Positions 1 through 10,617 of a stretch of 64,000 nucleotides of DNA are shown in pieces. The position numbers were made by a program, and so were the translations under genes. The notes beneath the pieces were generated by a model, which was given only the letters and a program-made list of their open reading frames with translations, ran no database searches and was not told the DNA's origin. The stretch's first letter is position 1. Each line of letters opens with the position of its first letter. This stretch comes from Escherichia phage ECML-1: sequence record OL631478.1. The stretch is one strand, 5' to 3'.

Positions 1-1602
1 ATGGACTTAAATGCTGTTAAGCAGAAGCGAGTGGAAGATGTTAGGAAAGTCCTAGCTGGAGAGTTGGGGCTTTCTGATGAAGTAAAAGAAATTATTAAAT
101 CATTCGGTAAAGACCCCTCTAAATTCCTTCCAACTCAAATTCTGACTTTATTAAGATACACACCAGACCAAGTTCGCCTTATCTTTAAATTGATGACTGA
201 TAAGAATTATGTAGCCCCTCAGCCGGGTTCTCAAGAGGTCTTTTTAAACACTAATGCTGACTTGGTTCTTTATGGTGGTGCTGCTGGTGCTGGTAAAACT
301 GCTGCATTGTTAATGGACTCTTTAAGATTTATTGAAGACCCTAACTATAATGCTGTATATTTCCGTCGAAATACAACACAGCTACAAGGTGGTTTATGGC
401 CTGCTGCAAAGAAACTATTTGGTAAGTTTGGTGGGGTTCCTCACGAGCAGAAAATGACTATCACATTCCCTTCTGGGGCAACTATCAAGTTTACCTACCT
501 AGAACTTGAAAAGCACGCTGAAGGTCATCAGGGTATTGAATACTCAGCTATTTACTTTGACGAAGGTACACACTTCTCTGCTTCACAGATTTCATACCTA
601 CAAACCCGTCTACGTTCTGGTGCTGAAGGCGATTCATACATGAAGATTTCCATGAACCCAGACAGAGACCACTTTATTTACGATTGGGTAGAGCCATTCT
701 TAGATGAAGAAGGCTATCCAGACCCTGAAAAATGTGGTCGTATTCGTTGGTATGTAATGAACGATGGTGTGATGGTTTCTGATTGGGAGAGAGACAAGAT
801 TCTTGAAATGTTCCCTCTTGAGATTCCTCAAACATACACCTTCATCTCTGGTACGATTGATGATAACCCAATTCTTGACTTCTTAGAACCAAAGTATCGC
901 GGTAAGCTTGAAAACAACACTCCTGTAAACGTTGCAAGACTTCGTTTCGGTAACTGGAAGGCTCGTGCAGAAGGTTCAAACTACTGGCAAAGACAATGGT
1001 GTGAGATTGTTGATTCACTCCCAGAAGATGTATTTGATGTTAGAGCATGGGACTTAGCAGCAACTTTACCATCTGAGGTTAACCCTAATCCAGACTGGAC
1101 AGCAGGTGTTAAGATGGGTAAATCTAAAAAAGACGGTTGCTATTATATCATTGATGTAGTAAGATTTAGAGATAGACCCTCTGGAGTCGAAACACAAATT
1201 AATTTGACTGCTGAAAGTGACGGTAAGCGAACTGGTATTTTTATCCCCCAAGACCCAGGCGCTGCTGGTAAATCCTACGCAACATCCCTCATCAGGAAAC
1301 TTGCCGAGAAAGGCTATCGTGCAAGAGCTAAACCAACAAATAAAGATAAAGTTACCCGATTTGCGGGGTTTTCTGCTGCTTCTGAAGCTGGACTTGTAAA
1401 AGTCTTGAGAGGTAGTTGGAATGAAGCTTACTTCCAAGAGCTTGAAGGCTTTTGTGGTGACGGCAAAACTAAAGATGACCAAGTGGATGCTACCAGTGAT
1501 GCTTTCAACAGTCTGAACGAAGTTAAATTATTCAAGCCACCATCAATGGGTGCTCACACAGACTTAGTGAGAGGAAACCCATATGAGGGGCTTAGACGTT
1601 GA
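1..1602 (+). CDS. Terminase large subunit (possibly 5'-partial at window edge)
   Basis: Walker A P-loop LYGGAAGAGKTAAL; size and position immediately upstream of a portal-sized gene; window starts exactly at the ATG so the N-terminus may be cut. Confidence 0.8.
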   Translation: MDLNAVKQKRVEDVRKVLAGELGLSDEVKEIIKSFGKDPSKFLPTQILTLLRYTPDQVRLIFKLMTDKNYVAPQPGSQEVFLNTNADLVLYGGAAGAGKTAALLMDSLRFIEDPNYNAVYFRRNTTQLQGGLWPAAKKLFGKFGGVPHEQKMTITFPSGATIKFTYLELEKHAEGHQGIEYSAIYFDEGTHFSASQISYLQTRLRSGAEGDSYMKISMNPDRDHFIYDWVEPFLDEEGYPDPEKCGRIRWYVMNDGVMVSDWERDKILEMFPLEIPQTYTFISGTIDDNPILDFLEPKYRGKLENNTPVNVARLRFGNWKARAEGSNYWQRQWCEIVDSLPEDVFDVRAWDLAATLPSEVNPNPDWTAGVKMGKSKKDGCYYIIDVVRFRDRPSGVETQINLTAESDGKRTGIFIPQDPGAAGKSYATSLIRKLAEKGYRARAKPTNKDKVTRFAGFSAASEAGLVKVLRGSWNEAYFQELEGFCGDGKTKDDQVDATSDAFNSLNEVKLFKPPSMGAHTDLVRGNPYEGLRR

Positions 1603-1609
1603 TAGCTAG

Positions 1610-3085
1610 GTGAGAAGAATGGCAGATATTACAGAAACACAAGAAAGCTTACCACCATTTAGAATGGGTGAAGTAGGTTCTTTGGGTCTGAAGGTTAAGA
1701 ATGGAAGAATCTATGAAGAACCTCGTCAGGCACTAAGGTTCCCTGAAAGTATTAAAACTTTCCAATTAATGATGCGTGACCCTGCTGTAGCAGCATCTGT
1801 AAATATTATTAAGATGTTTGTCAGAAAAGTCAACTGGAGATTCGTACCTCCAAAGGGAAAAGAGCAAGACCCTAAAATGCTTGAAAGAGCAGACTTCTTT
1901 AATTCTTTAATGGATGACATGGAGCATGATTGGGCAGATTTTATTAATTCTGTAATGTCATTCTGCACTTATGGGTTCTGTGTTAATGAGAAAGTTTATA
2001 AGAAGCGACAGGGTAAAAAAGGAAAGTACCAGTCAAAATTTGATGATGGTCTAATTGGATGGGCTAAATTACCAATCAGAAACCAATCAACACTTGATAA
2101 GTGGTATTTTGACGAAGACTTTAGGAAAGTTACTGGTGTTAGACAGAATCTGAGAAATGTTTCACATATTGCTGGAGCAATTAATCTTGGAGAAAGACCT
2201 CTAACAAGAAAACTTCCACGAGCTAAATTCATGCTGTTTAAGTATGACGATGAATATGGAAATCCAGAAGGTCGTTCACCACTACTTAATGCTTATGTAC
2301 CGTGGAAATATAAAGTACAGATTGAAGAGTATGAGGCTGTTGGCGTTTCAAGAGACTTAGTAGGTATGCCAAAGATTGGTTTACCACCAGACTATCTAGA
2401 TGAAAATGCAGAACCTGAAAAGAAAGCTTTCGTACAATACTGCAAAACTGTTGTTAATGATATGATTGCTAATGACAGAGCAGGTTTAATCTGGCCTAGA
2501 TATATCGACCCAGATACTAAAGAGGATATCTTTGAGTTCTCATTAGTTTCTAGACAGGGTGCTAAAGCATATGATACAGGTTCTATCATTGACAGATATT
2601 CCAAGCAAATCATGATGGCATTTATGTCGGATGTTCTTGCTATGGGTCAGTCAAAATATGGTTCATTCTCTCTTGCAGATTCTAAGACAAGCCTGTTAGC
2701 AATGTCAGTAGATATTCTGCTGAAGCAAATTAAGAACGTAATTAACCGTGATTTAGTTGCACAGACTTATGCTCTTAATATGTGGGATGATGAAGAACAT
2801 GTACAAATCACATATGATGATATCGAAACTCCAGACCTTGAAGCAATTGGTTCTTATATTCAGAAGACTGTTGCAGTAGGTGCTTTGGAAGTTGACAAAG
2901 AGCTATCTAACAAACTTAGAGAGCATATTGGTCTCCCTCCTGCTGATGAGTCTCAGCCAGTATCTGAAAAGCTTTCTCCAAATAGCCAAAGCCGCTCAGG
3001 AGATGGTTATAAGACCGCTGGAGAAGGTACTGCAAAGACACCTTCAGCGAAAGACCCAAGCACAGCAAATAAGGCAAATAAATAA
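1610..3085 (+). CDS. Portal protein (likely true start ATG at 1619 after AGGTGAG RBS)
   Basis: 491 aa ORF directly after terminase, before protease/capsid genes; Ser/Lys-rich C-terminus; no motif-level proof. Confidence 0.6.
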   Translation: MRRMADITETQESLPPFRMGEVGSLGLKVKNGRIYEEPRQALRFPESIKTFQLMMRDPAVAASVNIIKMFVRKVNWRFVPPKGKEQDPKMLERADFFNSLMDDMEHDWADFINSVMSFCTYGFCVNEKVYKKRQGKKGKYQSKFDDGLIGWAKLPIRNQSTLDKWYFDEDFRKVTGVRQNLRNVSHIAGAINLGERPLTRKLPRAKFMLFKYDDEYGNPEGRSPLLNAYVPWKYKVQIEEYEAVGVSRDLVGMPKIGLPPDYLDENAEPEKKAFVQYCKTVVNDMIANDRAGLIWPRYIDPDTKEDIFEFSLVSRQGAKAYDTGSIIDRYSKQIMMAFMSDVLAMGQSKYGSFSLADSKTSLLAMSVDILLKQIKNVINRDLVAQTYALNMWDDEEHVQITYDDIETPDLEAIGSYIQKTVAVGALEVDKELSNKLREHIGLPPADESQPVSEKLSPNSQSRSGDGYKTAGEGTAKTPSAKDPSTANKANK

Positions 3086-3585
3086 TGGCTGAAGTTATCT
3101 CTATTTCAAATGCTACACGAGTGCATTCGTATAGGGGTGTCCTTATCATTACTGACAAGTTATCTGTAGAGGCTGGCTCAAGGGTCAGCCTTTCAGGTTA
3201 TGTTAGTGATGGTGGAGTCTCTGACGTTTTCACTATTTGCAGGTTACTTGATGCACCAATGAGTGGAAAACCGTTTATTTCAGGAAATTGTAGTGAAATT
3301 GTTAAAATTCCATTTGACAGCTCATGCCTTTTGGGTGTAAAGTTATATAACTGCGAGAATAAACGTATCAATGTTAATAGCATTGAAGCCGCTTTCATTA
3401 CCCTCGATACTGCATTTCAATCTCCAATGACAGTTAATAAAGAAACAAACAGACTTGAATACATTTTTTCACAAAATGATTACAAAGTACTTGTCAAAGG
3501 TAAAGTATATGATATGATTGTAAATGTGGTAGATGAATCTGGTAACCATTCAACAGTCCTTAAACAAAAAGTAAGGTTTAATTAA
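3085..3585 (+). CDS. Hypothetical head-module protein
   Basis: 166 aa ORF tightly packed between portal and protease genes. Confidence 0.4.
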   Translation: MAEVISISNATRVHSYRGVLIITDKLSVEAGSRVSLSGYVSDGGVSDVFTICRLLDAPMSGKPFISGNCSEIVKIPFDSSCLLGVKLYNCENKRINVNSIEAAFITLDTAFQSPMTVNKETNRLEYIFSQNDYKVLVKGKVYDMIVNVVDESGNHSTVLKQKVRFN

Positions 3586-3917
3586 TGGGAACATTAACTA
3601 TTGATGGTAAGAATAAAATCCTCGCCACGCTAACCCCAACGACTATTATTTTACACAATGTAGACCCAACGGCAGACCCTACAGCAAATAAGGTTACTCA
3701 GCCAGTGGCTATTTATTTTTCTGAACCGGATAATGGCTTAATTGCCTCAGAAGATACAGTTAATATTACTGTTCCAGCTTCTGCAACGGTCTCACACTAT
3801 AGCTTGTGGGATGCTAACGATAAATGCGTGGCAACTGGTGCTCTTAGCAAACCTCAATTCTTCGCTGAAGAAGGTATCTATGTTATCTCTTCAGTCTCTG
3901 TAGATTTAAACAAATAG
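3585..3917 (+). CDS. Hypothetical head-module protein
   Basis: 110 aa ORF, start overlaps previous stop (ATGA-type coupling). Confidence 0.4.
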   Translation: MGTLTIDGKNKILATLTPTTIILHNVDPTADPTANKVTQPVAIYFSEPDNGLIASEDTVNITVPASATVSHYSLWDANDKCVATGALSKPQFFAEEGIYVISSVSVDLNK

Positions 3918-3928
3918 GGTGAGTAAAA

Positions 3929-5275
3929 ATGAGTTCGAATATCTTCAGACTTGCTGATAGATTATTCAACCAACCTTTACTAGCCACTGAATCATTAGCT
4001 CACTCAGCAGCAACTTATGTGAATAACAGATTGCTGGGTGATGTCCAAGCAGCAGTAAACTTTGATAAACCCAAAGGTGAAGCAAGAAGTCTTTTAAAAG
4101 TGAAAGATGACATTGCTATTATCCCTATTATGGGTGGTTTAACCCATCGTATGACATTCATTGATGCAATGTGTACAGGTGGATTAAGCTCTTATGAAGG
4201 TTTGCGTAGAGGCTTTGACGAAGCTTTAGCAGATGAGTCAATTAAGACTATCGTTCTGCATATTGATTCCGGTGGTGGTGAAGCTTCAGGTTGCTTTGAA
4301 TTAGCACGTCACATTATGGCTTCAAGAGGCCAAAAGAAAATTATTGCTTATGTAGATGAGTTCGCTTGTTCCGCTGCATACGCTCTTGCATCTTCTGCTG
4401 AAGAAATTATTGCATCACCAGATGCAGATGTTGGTTCTATTGGTGTAATTATGGTTCATCAGGAATTAACTAAGGCATTTGAAAAGAATGGCGTAACAAT
4501 TAACGTCATCAAAGCTGGTGAGTTTAAAGGTATGGGTTCACCATTCCAAGCACTCTCAGAAGAAAGCAAAGAAAGACTTCAAAAGAGAATTAATGATACC
4601 TACGCAACCTTTACAGGTTTTGTAGCCGAATCTCGTAATCTCTCTGAAGAAGCTGTAAAGAATACTGAGGCGAATGTTTATTCTGCTCAGGAAGCTCTTG
4701 AACTTGGTTTAATTAACTCAATCATGTCTCAAGATGATTTCTTAAATTACTTACAAGGTTCTGAAGAGGCTCCTGTAAGTTTAAACGTTAACAATTCAGG
4801 TGAAGAAATGACTGAACAAGAAAAGCAAGAACTAGAAGCTTTGCGTCTTCAGGTTGCTCAAATGAAAGCTAAAGAACAGGAAGCTGCTTTGTCAGATTTG
4901 ACTAATAAGATTTCTGCTTCTGCTGAAGCTTTTGGGTTTGATGCAAAAGAAGCTGCAACGACTATTTTAGGTGCTGGTCTTGATAACCCTCTGAGCATTC
5001 TGTTTATGAATGCTATGGAAGGTGCTAACCAGAAACTTAATGAAACTATCGCGTCCCATGCTTCTGCAATGGAAGAAAAAGAATCAGAAATTACCAAGCT
5101 GAAAGAAACTGCTGGTGCTGTTCTTGAACATTCTAATGCTATGGAAGAAATGGGTAATGACGGCGAAGCTGATTTGGTTGAAGAAGAAAAAGAACCAGCT
5201 AAGAATGCTTCCGAAGACACCGCTGAACAACGCAAACTGGCTCTCCAGAATGCTCTAAAATCTCTTATCAAATAA
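3929..5275 (+). CDS. Prohead protease (S49/ClpP-like serine peptidase) fused to Ala/Glu-rich scaffold-like C-terminal domain
   Basis: HIDSGGGEASG and EFACSAAYALASS motifs typical of S49/SppA-type peptidases; C-terminal half is low-complexity, E/A/K-rich and coiled-coil-like. Confidence 0.7.
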   Translation: MSSNIFRLADRLFNQPLLATESLAHSAATYVNNRLLGDVQAAVNFDKPKGEARSLLKVKDDIAIIPIMGGLTHRMTFIDAMCTGGLSSYEGLRRGFDEALADESIKTIVLHIDSGGGEASGCFELARHIMASRGQKKIIAYVDEFACSAAYALASSAEEIIASPDADVGSIGVIMVHQELTKAFEKNGVTINVIKAGEFKGMGSPFQALSEESKERLQKRINDTYATFTGFVAESRNLSEEAVKNTEANVYSAQEALELGLINSIMSQDDFLNYLQGSEEAPVSLNVNNSGEEMTEQEKQELEALRLQVAQMKAKEQEAALSDLTNKISASAEAFGFDAKEAATTILGAGLDNPLSILFMNAMEGANQKLNETIASHASAMEEKESEITKLKETAGAVLEHSNAMEEMGNDGEADLVEEEKEPAKNASEDTAEQRKLALQNALKSLIK

Positions 5276-5286
5276 GGAACACAATA

Positions 5287-5664
5287 ATGGCATATCAAGG
5301 TTTTACTAAGTTAGGTAACAGAGAACCTCTGAATGATATCATTCTTTGGGAACAGATTACCCCAACAGGCCACTCTCGTAAAGAGTACACCCCACAGGCA
5401 TCTACAGAGTATCGTGTAGGTGAAGTTCTGAAAGCAGATGGTACTAAGGTACAAGCTGGAGAAGAAGCCCAAGCAGACTCTGTATGTATCGTTAATTTCT
5501 ACGCAGACCTGCAACTGTCTTATCATGGTCAGTTGAAAGTAGTAGGTATCCACCGTGATGCAGAACTGAAAGACCTGCTAACTCTTGAATCAAGCGTTGA
5601 TGCTACTGAAGTCAAGAAAGCTCTGGCTGCTAAAGGTATTGATTTCGTACCAACTGGCCTGTAA
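5287..5664 (+). CDS. Hypothetical head protein (possible decoration protein)
   Basis: 125 aa ORF between protease and major capsid gene; position only. Confidence 0.35.
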   Translation: MAYQGFTKLGNREPLNDIILWEQITPTGHSRKEYTPQASTEYRVGEVLKADGTKVQAGEEAQADSVCIVNFYADLQLSYHGQLKVVGIHRDAELKDLLTLESSVDATEVKKALAAKGIDFVPTGL

Positions 5665-5697
5665 TAACAATAATAAGACATTCTGGAGAATTTTACA

Positions 5698-6804
5698 ATG
5701 TTGACTAATTCTGAAAAAAGCAGATTTTTCCTTGCTGACCTGACTGGTGAAGTCCAGTCTATCCCAAATACTTATGGGTATATTTCCAACTTAGGTCTGT
5801 TCCGTTCAGCACCAATCACCCAAACTACTTTCCTTATGGACTTGACTGATTGGGATGTTAGCTTGCTTGATGCGGTAGACCGTGATAGCCGTAAAGCAGA
5901 GACTAGCGCACCTGAGCGTGTTCGTCAAATCAGCTTCCCAATGATGTACTTCAAAGAAGTTGAAAGCATTACTCCTGATGAGATTCAGGGTGTACGTCAG
6001 CCAGGCACTGCAAACGAACTGACTACTGAAGCTGTAGTACGTGCTAAGAAGCTGATGAAGATTCGTACCAAGTTCGATATTACTCGTGAGTTCTTGTTTA
6101 TGCAAGCTCTGAAGGGTAAAGTTGTTGATGCTCGTGGTACTCTGTATGCTGACCTGTACAAGCAGTTCGACGTTGAGAAGAAGACTGTTTACTTCGACCT
6201 TGACAACCCTAATGCTGACATTGACGCTTCTATTGAAGAACTGCGTATGCACATGGAAGACGAAGCTAAGACTGGCACTGTAATCAACGGTGAAGAAATT
6301 CACGTAGTTGTTGACCGTGTATTCTTCAGCAAACTGACCAAGCATCCTAAGATTCGTGACGCTTATCTTGCACAGCAGACTCCACTGGCTTGGCAACAGA
6401 TTACTGGTTCTCTGAGAACTGGTGGTACTGACGGAGTTCAGGCTCACATGAACACTTTCTACTACGGTGGTGTGAAGTTTGTCCAGTACAACGGCAAGTT
6501 CAAAGACAAGCGTGGTAAGGTTCACACTCTGGTGAGCATTGACAGCGTAGCAGACACCGTTGGTGTTGGTCATGCTTTCCCTAACGTATCTATGCTGGGT
6601 GAAGCTAACAACATCTTCGAAGTGGCATATGGCCCATGTCCTAAGATGGGTTATGCAAATACACTTGGTCAGGAACTGTACGTATTTGAATACGAAAAAG
6701 ACCGTGACGAAGGTATTGACTTCGAAGCCCACTCTTACATGCTGCCATACTGTACTCGTCCTCAGTTGCTGGTAGATGTTCGTGCTGACGCTAAAGGCGA
6801 ATAA
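5698..6804 (+). CDS. Major capsid protein
   Basis: 368 aa ORF after protease/scaffold; codon usage looks highly-expressed (CTG/CGT/GGT-rich); pattern resembles lambda-E-type capsid proteins from memory. Confidence 0.7.
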   Translation: MLTNSEKSRFFLADLTGEVQSIPNTYGYISNLGLFRSAPITQTTFLMDLTDWDVSLLDAVDRDSRKAETSAPERVRQISFPMMYFKEVESITPDEIQGVRQPGTANELTTEAVVRAKKLMKIRTKFDITREFLFMQALKGKVVDARGTLYADLYKQFDVEKKTVYFDLDNPNADIDASIEELRMHMEDEAKTGTVINGEEIHVVVDRVFFSKLTKHPKIRDAYLAQQTPLAWQQITGSLRTGGTDGVQAHMNTFYYGGVKFVQYNGKFKDKRGKVHTLVSIDSVADTVGVGHAFPNVSMLGEANNIFEVAYGPCPKMGYANTLGQELYVFEYEKDRDEGIDFEAHSYMLPYCTRPQLLVDVRADAKGE

Positions 6805-6825
6805 TATTCTTAAGGAGGGTTATGA

Positions 6826-7275
6826 ATGTGTTATACAGGCGACCCAGCCAATAACCCTCTTGATAGAGTAAGAATCCTCTGCACAGACACTAATAATGAT
6901 GAAATTCTTATTGAGCAGTCTGTGCTAGAGTGGTTCTACCTAGAATCTGGAAAGGATGAAAAGAAAGCAGCCATCAAAGCTCTTAAATATTTACTCTTTC
7001 AAGTAGCCAAGATGGGAGATGAGAAAGTTGGTGGTGTTTACTTACGTAACTCTTCCAGATTCAAATCTCTGAAAGCTGTTTATGACGACCTTGTTAAAAG
7101 CTCTGTTTCAGGACTACCCTATGCAGGTGGTATTAATCAGTGTGATATTGACATGCGTCGTCATAATCCTTGCTCTGTCAAGAAATACACAGAATATGGT
7201 GATGCTGCCAGATACGAAGGCAGAGATTACTGCAACCGTGTTAATGGCGTATTTATTATCGAGCGAGATGAATAA
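6826..7275 (+). CDS. Hypothetical head-tail joining protein
   Basis: 149 aa ORF in head-completion position. Confidence 0.4.
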   Translation: MCYTGDPANNPLDRVRILCTDTNNDEILIEQSVLEWFYLESGKDEKKAAIKALKYLLFQVAKMGDEKVGGVYLRNSSRFKSLKAVYDDLVKSSVSGLPYAGGINQCDIDMRRHNPCSVKKYTEYGDAARYEGRDYCNRVNGVFIIERDE

Positions 7276-7757
7276 TGGTTAAAAGGGTTATTCACCCCGC
7301 TAGAGCAAAATTAGTCGGGGCTATGAAGAACTTGCAAACGGCTAATGCTCAAGTTGGGTATTTTCAAGAACAAGGTCAACATAGCTCTGGTTTTTCTTAT
7401 CCTGCTTTAATGTATTTACAAGAAGTTATTGGGGTTCCTTCAGCTTCTGGTAAAGTATATCGTAGGTTGTTTGAAATCACTATGATGCTAAACAAACAGA
7501 CCTTGTTAGAGCAGACTAAGAAGAATCTATATAAGCAACTTAGCAGTCTCAACACAGACCCTTCAAATACCTTAGAAGCATTTGCAAAGAATGCTCAAAA
7601 GGTAATTAAAAGAGGTTTTGGTAATTCTGCTATCCTCCCTCCTAACGCACCTTCCACAGTCAAGAAAAAAGGCTTTAATGCACCTCTTGTTGAGACAGGT
7701 GACTTAAGGGATAACCTTGCTTATAAAATTTCTACTAAGAAGGGTATTAAGAAATGA
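7275..7757 (+). CDS. Hypothetical head-tail joining protein
   Basis: 160 aa ORF, coupled start. Confidence 0.4.
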   Translation: MVKRVIHPARAKLVGAMKNLQTANAQVGYFQEQGQHSSGFSYPALMYLQEVIGVPSASGKVYRRLFEITMMLNKQTLLEQTKKNLYKQLSSLNTDPSNTLEAFAKNAQKVIKRGFGNSAILPPNAPSTVKKKGFNAPLVETGDLRDNLAYKISTKKGIKK

Positions 7758-8155
7758 GACTCTTAAACAGACACAGCTTTGTAGTAAAGCGTAAAGTCTC
7801 TGAAGACGGTTATTATAATGATGATGGTGATTGGGTAGCTTCACAAGATGTTGTAGAGGTTAACTGTAAAGGTAATATCCAGCCATATATCAAAGGTTCT
7901 GTAAAGAATGGTACACAGATTGCTTTACCGGAAGGTATTAGGCTTACCGATACAAGAATCCTGTACACTACATATAAACTTAGAACTTCAGACGATGTAG
8001 AGTGGAATGAGTCTGACATTGTTATGATTGATGGTCATGAGTATGAAGTATTTATGACTATGGATTGGTCACAGCAATTAGCCCATACATCCCATTATGA
8101 ATATATCATTATTAGAAGGGATAAAATGAATGCAGTTAGAAACAGCAGAACTTGA
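7754..8155 (+). CDS. Hypothetical head-tail joining protein
   Basis: 133 aa ORF, overlapping stop/start. Confidence 0.4.
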   Translation: MRLLNRHSFVVKRKVSEDGYYNDDGDWVASQDVVEVNCKGNIQPYIKGSVKNGTQIALPEGIRLTDTRILYTTYKLRTSDDVEWNESDIVMIDGHEYEVFMTMDWSQQLAHTSHYEYIIIRRDKMNAVRNSRT

Positions 8156-8729
8156 AAAAGGTCTAGTTAGAACCTTAGTGGATGTTATTGGTCACAGACT
8201 AGCTCGTGATAAGAATAATAGACCAAATGTAATTAGAGCTTACCCTTCTGATAACTCAAATGACAAAGGTTTAAAACCTGACCAGCCATTTATTACCGTA
8301 TATTGTCAAGATGCTGCAACACCTTATGGTTGGGTTCTTGATAAGTTTGTTGAGGATGATGTAGTTTGCTACAGAATTGCTTTTCAGATTCCTGTATTAA
8401 TTACGGTGAATGGTAAAGGTGCTCACAGTATTATGCTTGAGCTTAAACAACGATTAGAGATGAGTTCAGTCAGAGATTTAATCCTTGAAGAAACAGGAGC
8501 AACAGTTTTAGATACTGGAGCAATCCCAAATGATTACACTTATCTCAATACAGATTTCGAAAATTCTGCGCCTCTTGTTGTAACTCTTGTAAAAAATTCA
8601 GTCCTGAAAGATGAACGTGGAAGTATTATTGAGCGTGTCATTGTTGATGGTGAGTTGGTTTATGAAGAAGGACAAGAGCCACCAGAATATACTATCCATC
8701 TAGATGTAGACTCCAAAGGGGTAAAATAA
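8130..8729 (+). CDS. Hypothetical tail completion protein
   Basis: 199 aa ORF immediately upstream of sheath-sized gene. Confidence 0.4.
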   Translation: MQLETAELEKGLVRTLVDVIGHRLARDKNNRPNVIRAYPSDNSNDKGLKPDQPFITVYCQDAATPYGWVLDKFVEDDVVCYRIAFQIPVLITVNGKGAHSIMLELKQRLEMSSVRDLILEETGATVLDTGAIPNDYTYLNTDFENSAPLVVTLVKNSVLKDERGSIIERVIVDGELVYEEGQEPPEYTIHLDVDSKGVK

Positions 8730-10082
8730 ATGTGGAATCCAATTGTTAATGTAGATATTACATTGAACACCGCAGGAACTACAAGAGAAGGTTTTGGTTT
8801 GCCACTATTCTTAGCTTCAACAGATAATTTTGAAGAAAGAGTACGTGGTTACACTTCCTTAACTGAAGTTGCTGAAGATTTCGATGAGAATACTGCTGCA
8901 TATAAGGCTGCTAAACAACTTTGGAGTCAGACTCCTAAAGTAACTCAGCTTTATATTGGTAGACGTGCTATGCAGTACACTGTATCAATTCCTAATGCCG
9001 TTGCTGAAAGTACAGACTACTCAATTACTGTAGCTGCTGGCGGTGGAATTTCTCAACCATATCAGTATACAGCGCAAGCTGAAGACACTGCTGAAAACGT
9101 GTTGCAACAGTTTAAAACACAGATTGAAGCTGACCCAACAATCAAAGATAAGGTTTCTGTGAATGTAACTGGTAGCAATGGCTCTGCCACAATGATTATT
9201 ACCAAAGCTGGTGATAATGACTTTGTGAAAGTAACAACTACAGCACAGACTGTGTATATTGCAAGTACAACTGCCGATACAGCATCAACTGCTCTGGCAG
9301 CTATCGAAGCTTACTCTACTGACTGGTATTTCATTGCAGCAGAAGACAGAACTCAACAGTTTGTCTTAGCAATGGCTTCTGAGATTCAGGCTCGCAAGAA
9401 AATCTTCTTTACAGCTAACTCCGATGTAACAGCCCTGCAAGGTACAGAATTAGCCAGTGCAAATGATGTTCCAGCACAGCTTGCTAAGAATATGTACACT
9501 CGTACAGTTTGCTTGTGGCATCACGCAGCAGCAGAAGACTATCCAGAGATGGCATACATTGCTTATGGTGCTCCATATGATGCAGGTTCAATTGCTTGGG
9601 GTAATGCTCAGCTAACTGGTGTAGCAGCTTCTCTACAACCATCTAATCAGAGACCTCTGACAAGTATTCAGAAGTCTGCTTTAGATGTACGTCACTGTAA
9701 CTTTATTGACCTTGATGGTGGTGTTCCAGTGGTTCGTAGAGGGATTACTTCTGGTGGGGAATGGATTGATATCGTCCGTGGCGTTGACTGGTTAGAATCA
9801 GACCTGAAAACTTCTCTGAGAGACTTGCTAATTAACCAGAAGGGTGGTAAGATTACTTATGATGATACTGGTATTACCCGTATTCGTCAAGTCATTGAAA
9901 CCTCTCTACAAAGAGCAGTCAACAGAAACTTCCTGTCATCTTACACAGTTAATGTTCCTAAAGCCTCTCAAGTTGCTTTAGCAGACAAGAAAGCACGTAT
10001 CCTGAAAGACGTTACCTTCGCAGGTATCTTAGCAGGTGCTATCTTGGATGTTGACTTGAAAGGTACAGTGGCTTACGAATAA
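8730..10082 (+). CDS. Tail sheath protein
   Basis: 450 aa ORF directly upstream of a ~150 aa tube-sized gene, chaperone pair and tape measure (classic myovirus order). Confidence 0.55.
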   Translation: MWNPIVNVDITLNTAGTTREGFGLPLFLASTDNFEERVRGYTSLTEVAEDFDENTAAYKAAKQLWSQTPKVTQLYIGRRAMQYTVSIPNAVAESTDYSITVAAGGGISQPYQYTAQAEDTAENVLQQFKTQIEADPTIKDKVSVNVTGSNGSATMIITKAGDNDFVKVTTTAQTVYIASTTADTASTALAAIEAYSTDWYFIAAEDRTQQFVLAMASEIQARKKIFFTANSDVTALQGTELASANDVPAQLAKNMYTRTVCLWHHAAAEDYPEMAYIAYGAPYDAGSIAWGNAQLTGVAASLQPSNQRPLTSIQKSALDVRHCNFIDLDGGVPVVRRGITSGGEWIDIVRGVDWLESDLKTSLRDLLINQKGGKITYDDTGITRIRQVIETSLQRAVNRNFLSSYTVNVPKASQVALADKKARILKDVTFAGILAGAILDVDLKGTVAYE

Positions 10083-10097
10083 TAGAGGTAAATTGGA

Positions 10098-10544
10098 ATG
10101 GCTATGTATCAGCAATATTCCCCTAAAGACGTTGTATGTAGCTGGAATGGTATTGCCATTGAAGGCTTTGCCCCAGACTCATTCTTGCGTCTACAGAGAA
10201 CATCACCACTTGTGACACCAGTTGTTGGTGCAGGTGGTCAGGTTGCTCTGACAAGAAATGCAGACAAGACAGGTACTATTGAGATTGAGCTAATGCAGAC
10301 TTCTCTCTCTAACCAGATGCTTTCTGCAATTCAAGCTAAACAAGACAATATGGAACTTGAAGAAGATATCTCTTCTAACTTCGTAATCTACGACCCATCA
10401 GGCTCTGTTCTGGCAACTGGTATTAATGCTTGGTTGCAGGAATTACCGCAGATTGAACTTGGTCGTGACCAGAACTCTAAAACTTGGATTTTTGGTTGTG
10501 AGAAGCTAGACTACACTTCTACAATTCCAGCGTCAAGTGTTTAA
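10098..10544 (+). CDS. Tail tube protein
   Basis: 148 aa ORF after sheath, followed by strong intrinsic terminator. Confidence 0.5.
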   Translation: MAMYQQYSPKDVVCSWNGIAIEGFAPDSFLRLQRTSPLVTPVVGAGGQVALTRNADKTGTIEIELMQTSLSNQMLSAIQAKQDNMELEEDISSNFVIYDPSGSVLATGINAWLQELPQIELGRDQNSKTWIFGCEKLDYTSTIPASSV

Positions 10545-10556
10545 TAAATCCTATAA

Positions 10557-10592
10557 GGGGGAGACTTTAAAAGGTCTTCCCCTTTTTTGTTT
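10557..10592 (+). terminator. Rho-independent terminator after tail tube gene
   Basis: GGGGAGAC / GTCTTCCCC stem (one bulge) followed by TTTTTTGTTTCTTTT. Confidence 0.65.
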
Positions 10593-10617
10593 CTTTTAAA
10601 AGTATTAAGGAATCACA

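Noticed and set aside
1066-1482. 138-aa minus-strand ORF inside the terminase gene
   Set aside because: Antisense shadow ORF within a motif-supported terminase.
5806-6732. 308-aa minus-strand ORF embedded in the major capsid gene
   Set aside because: Lies entirely antisense within a well-supported, highly expressed + strand gene; low-complexity composition, no RBS context; typical shadow ORF.
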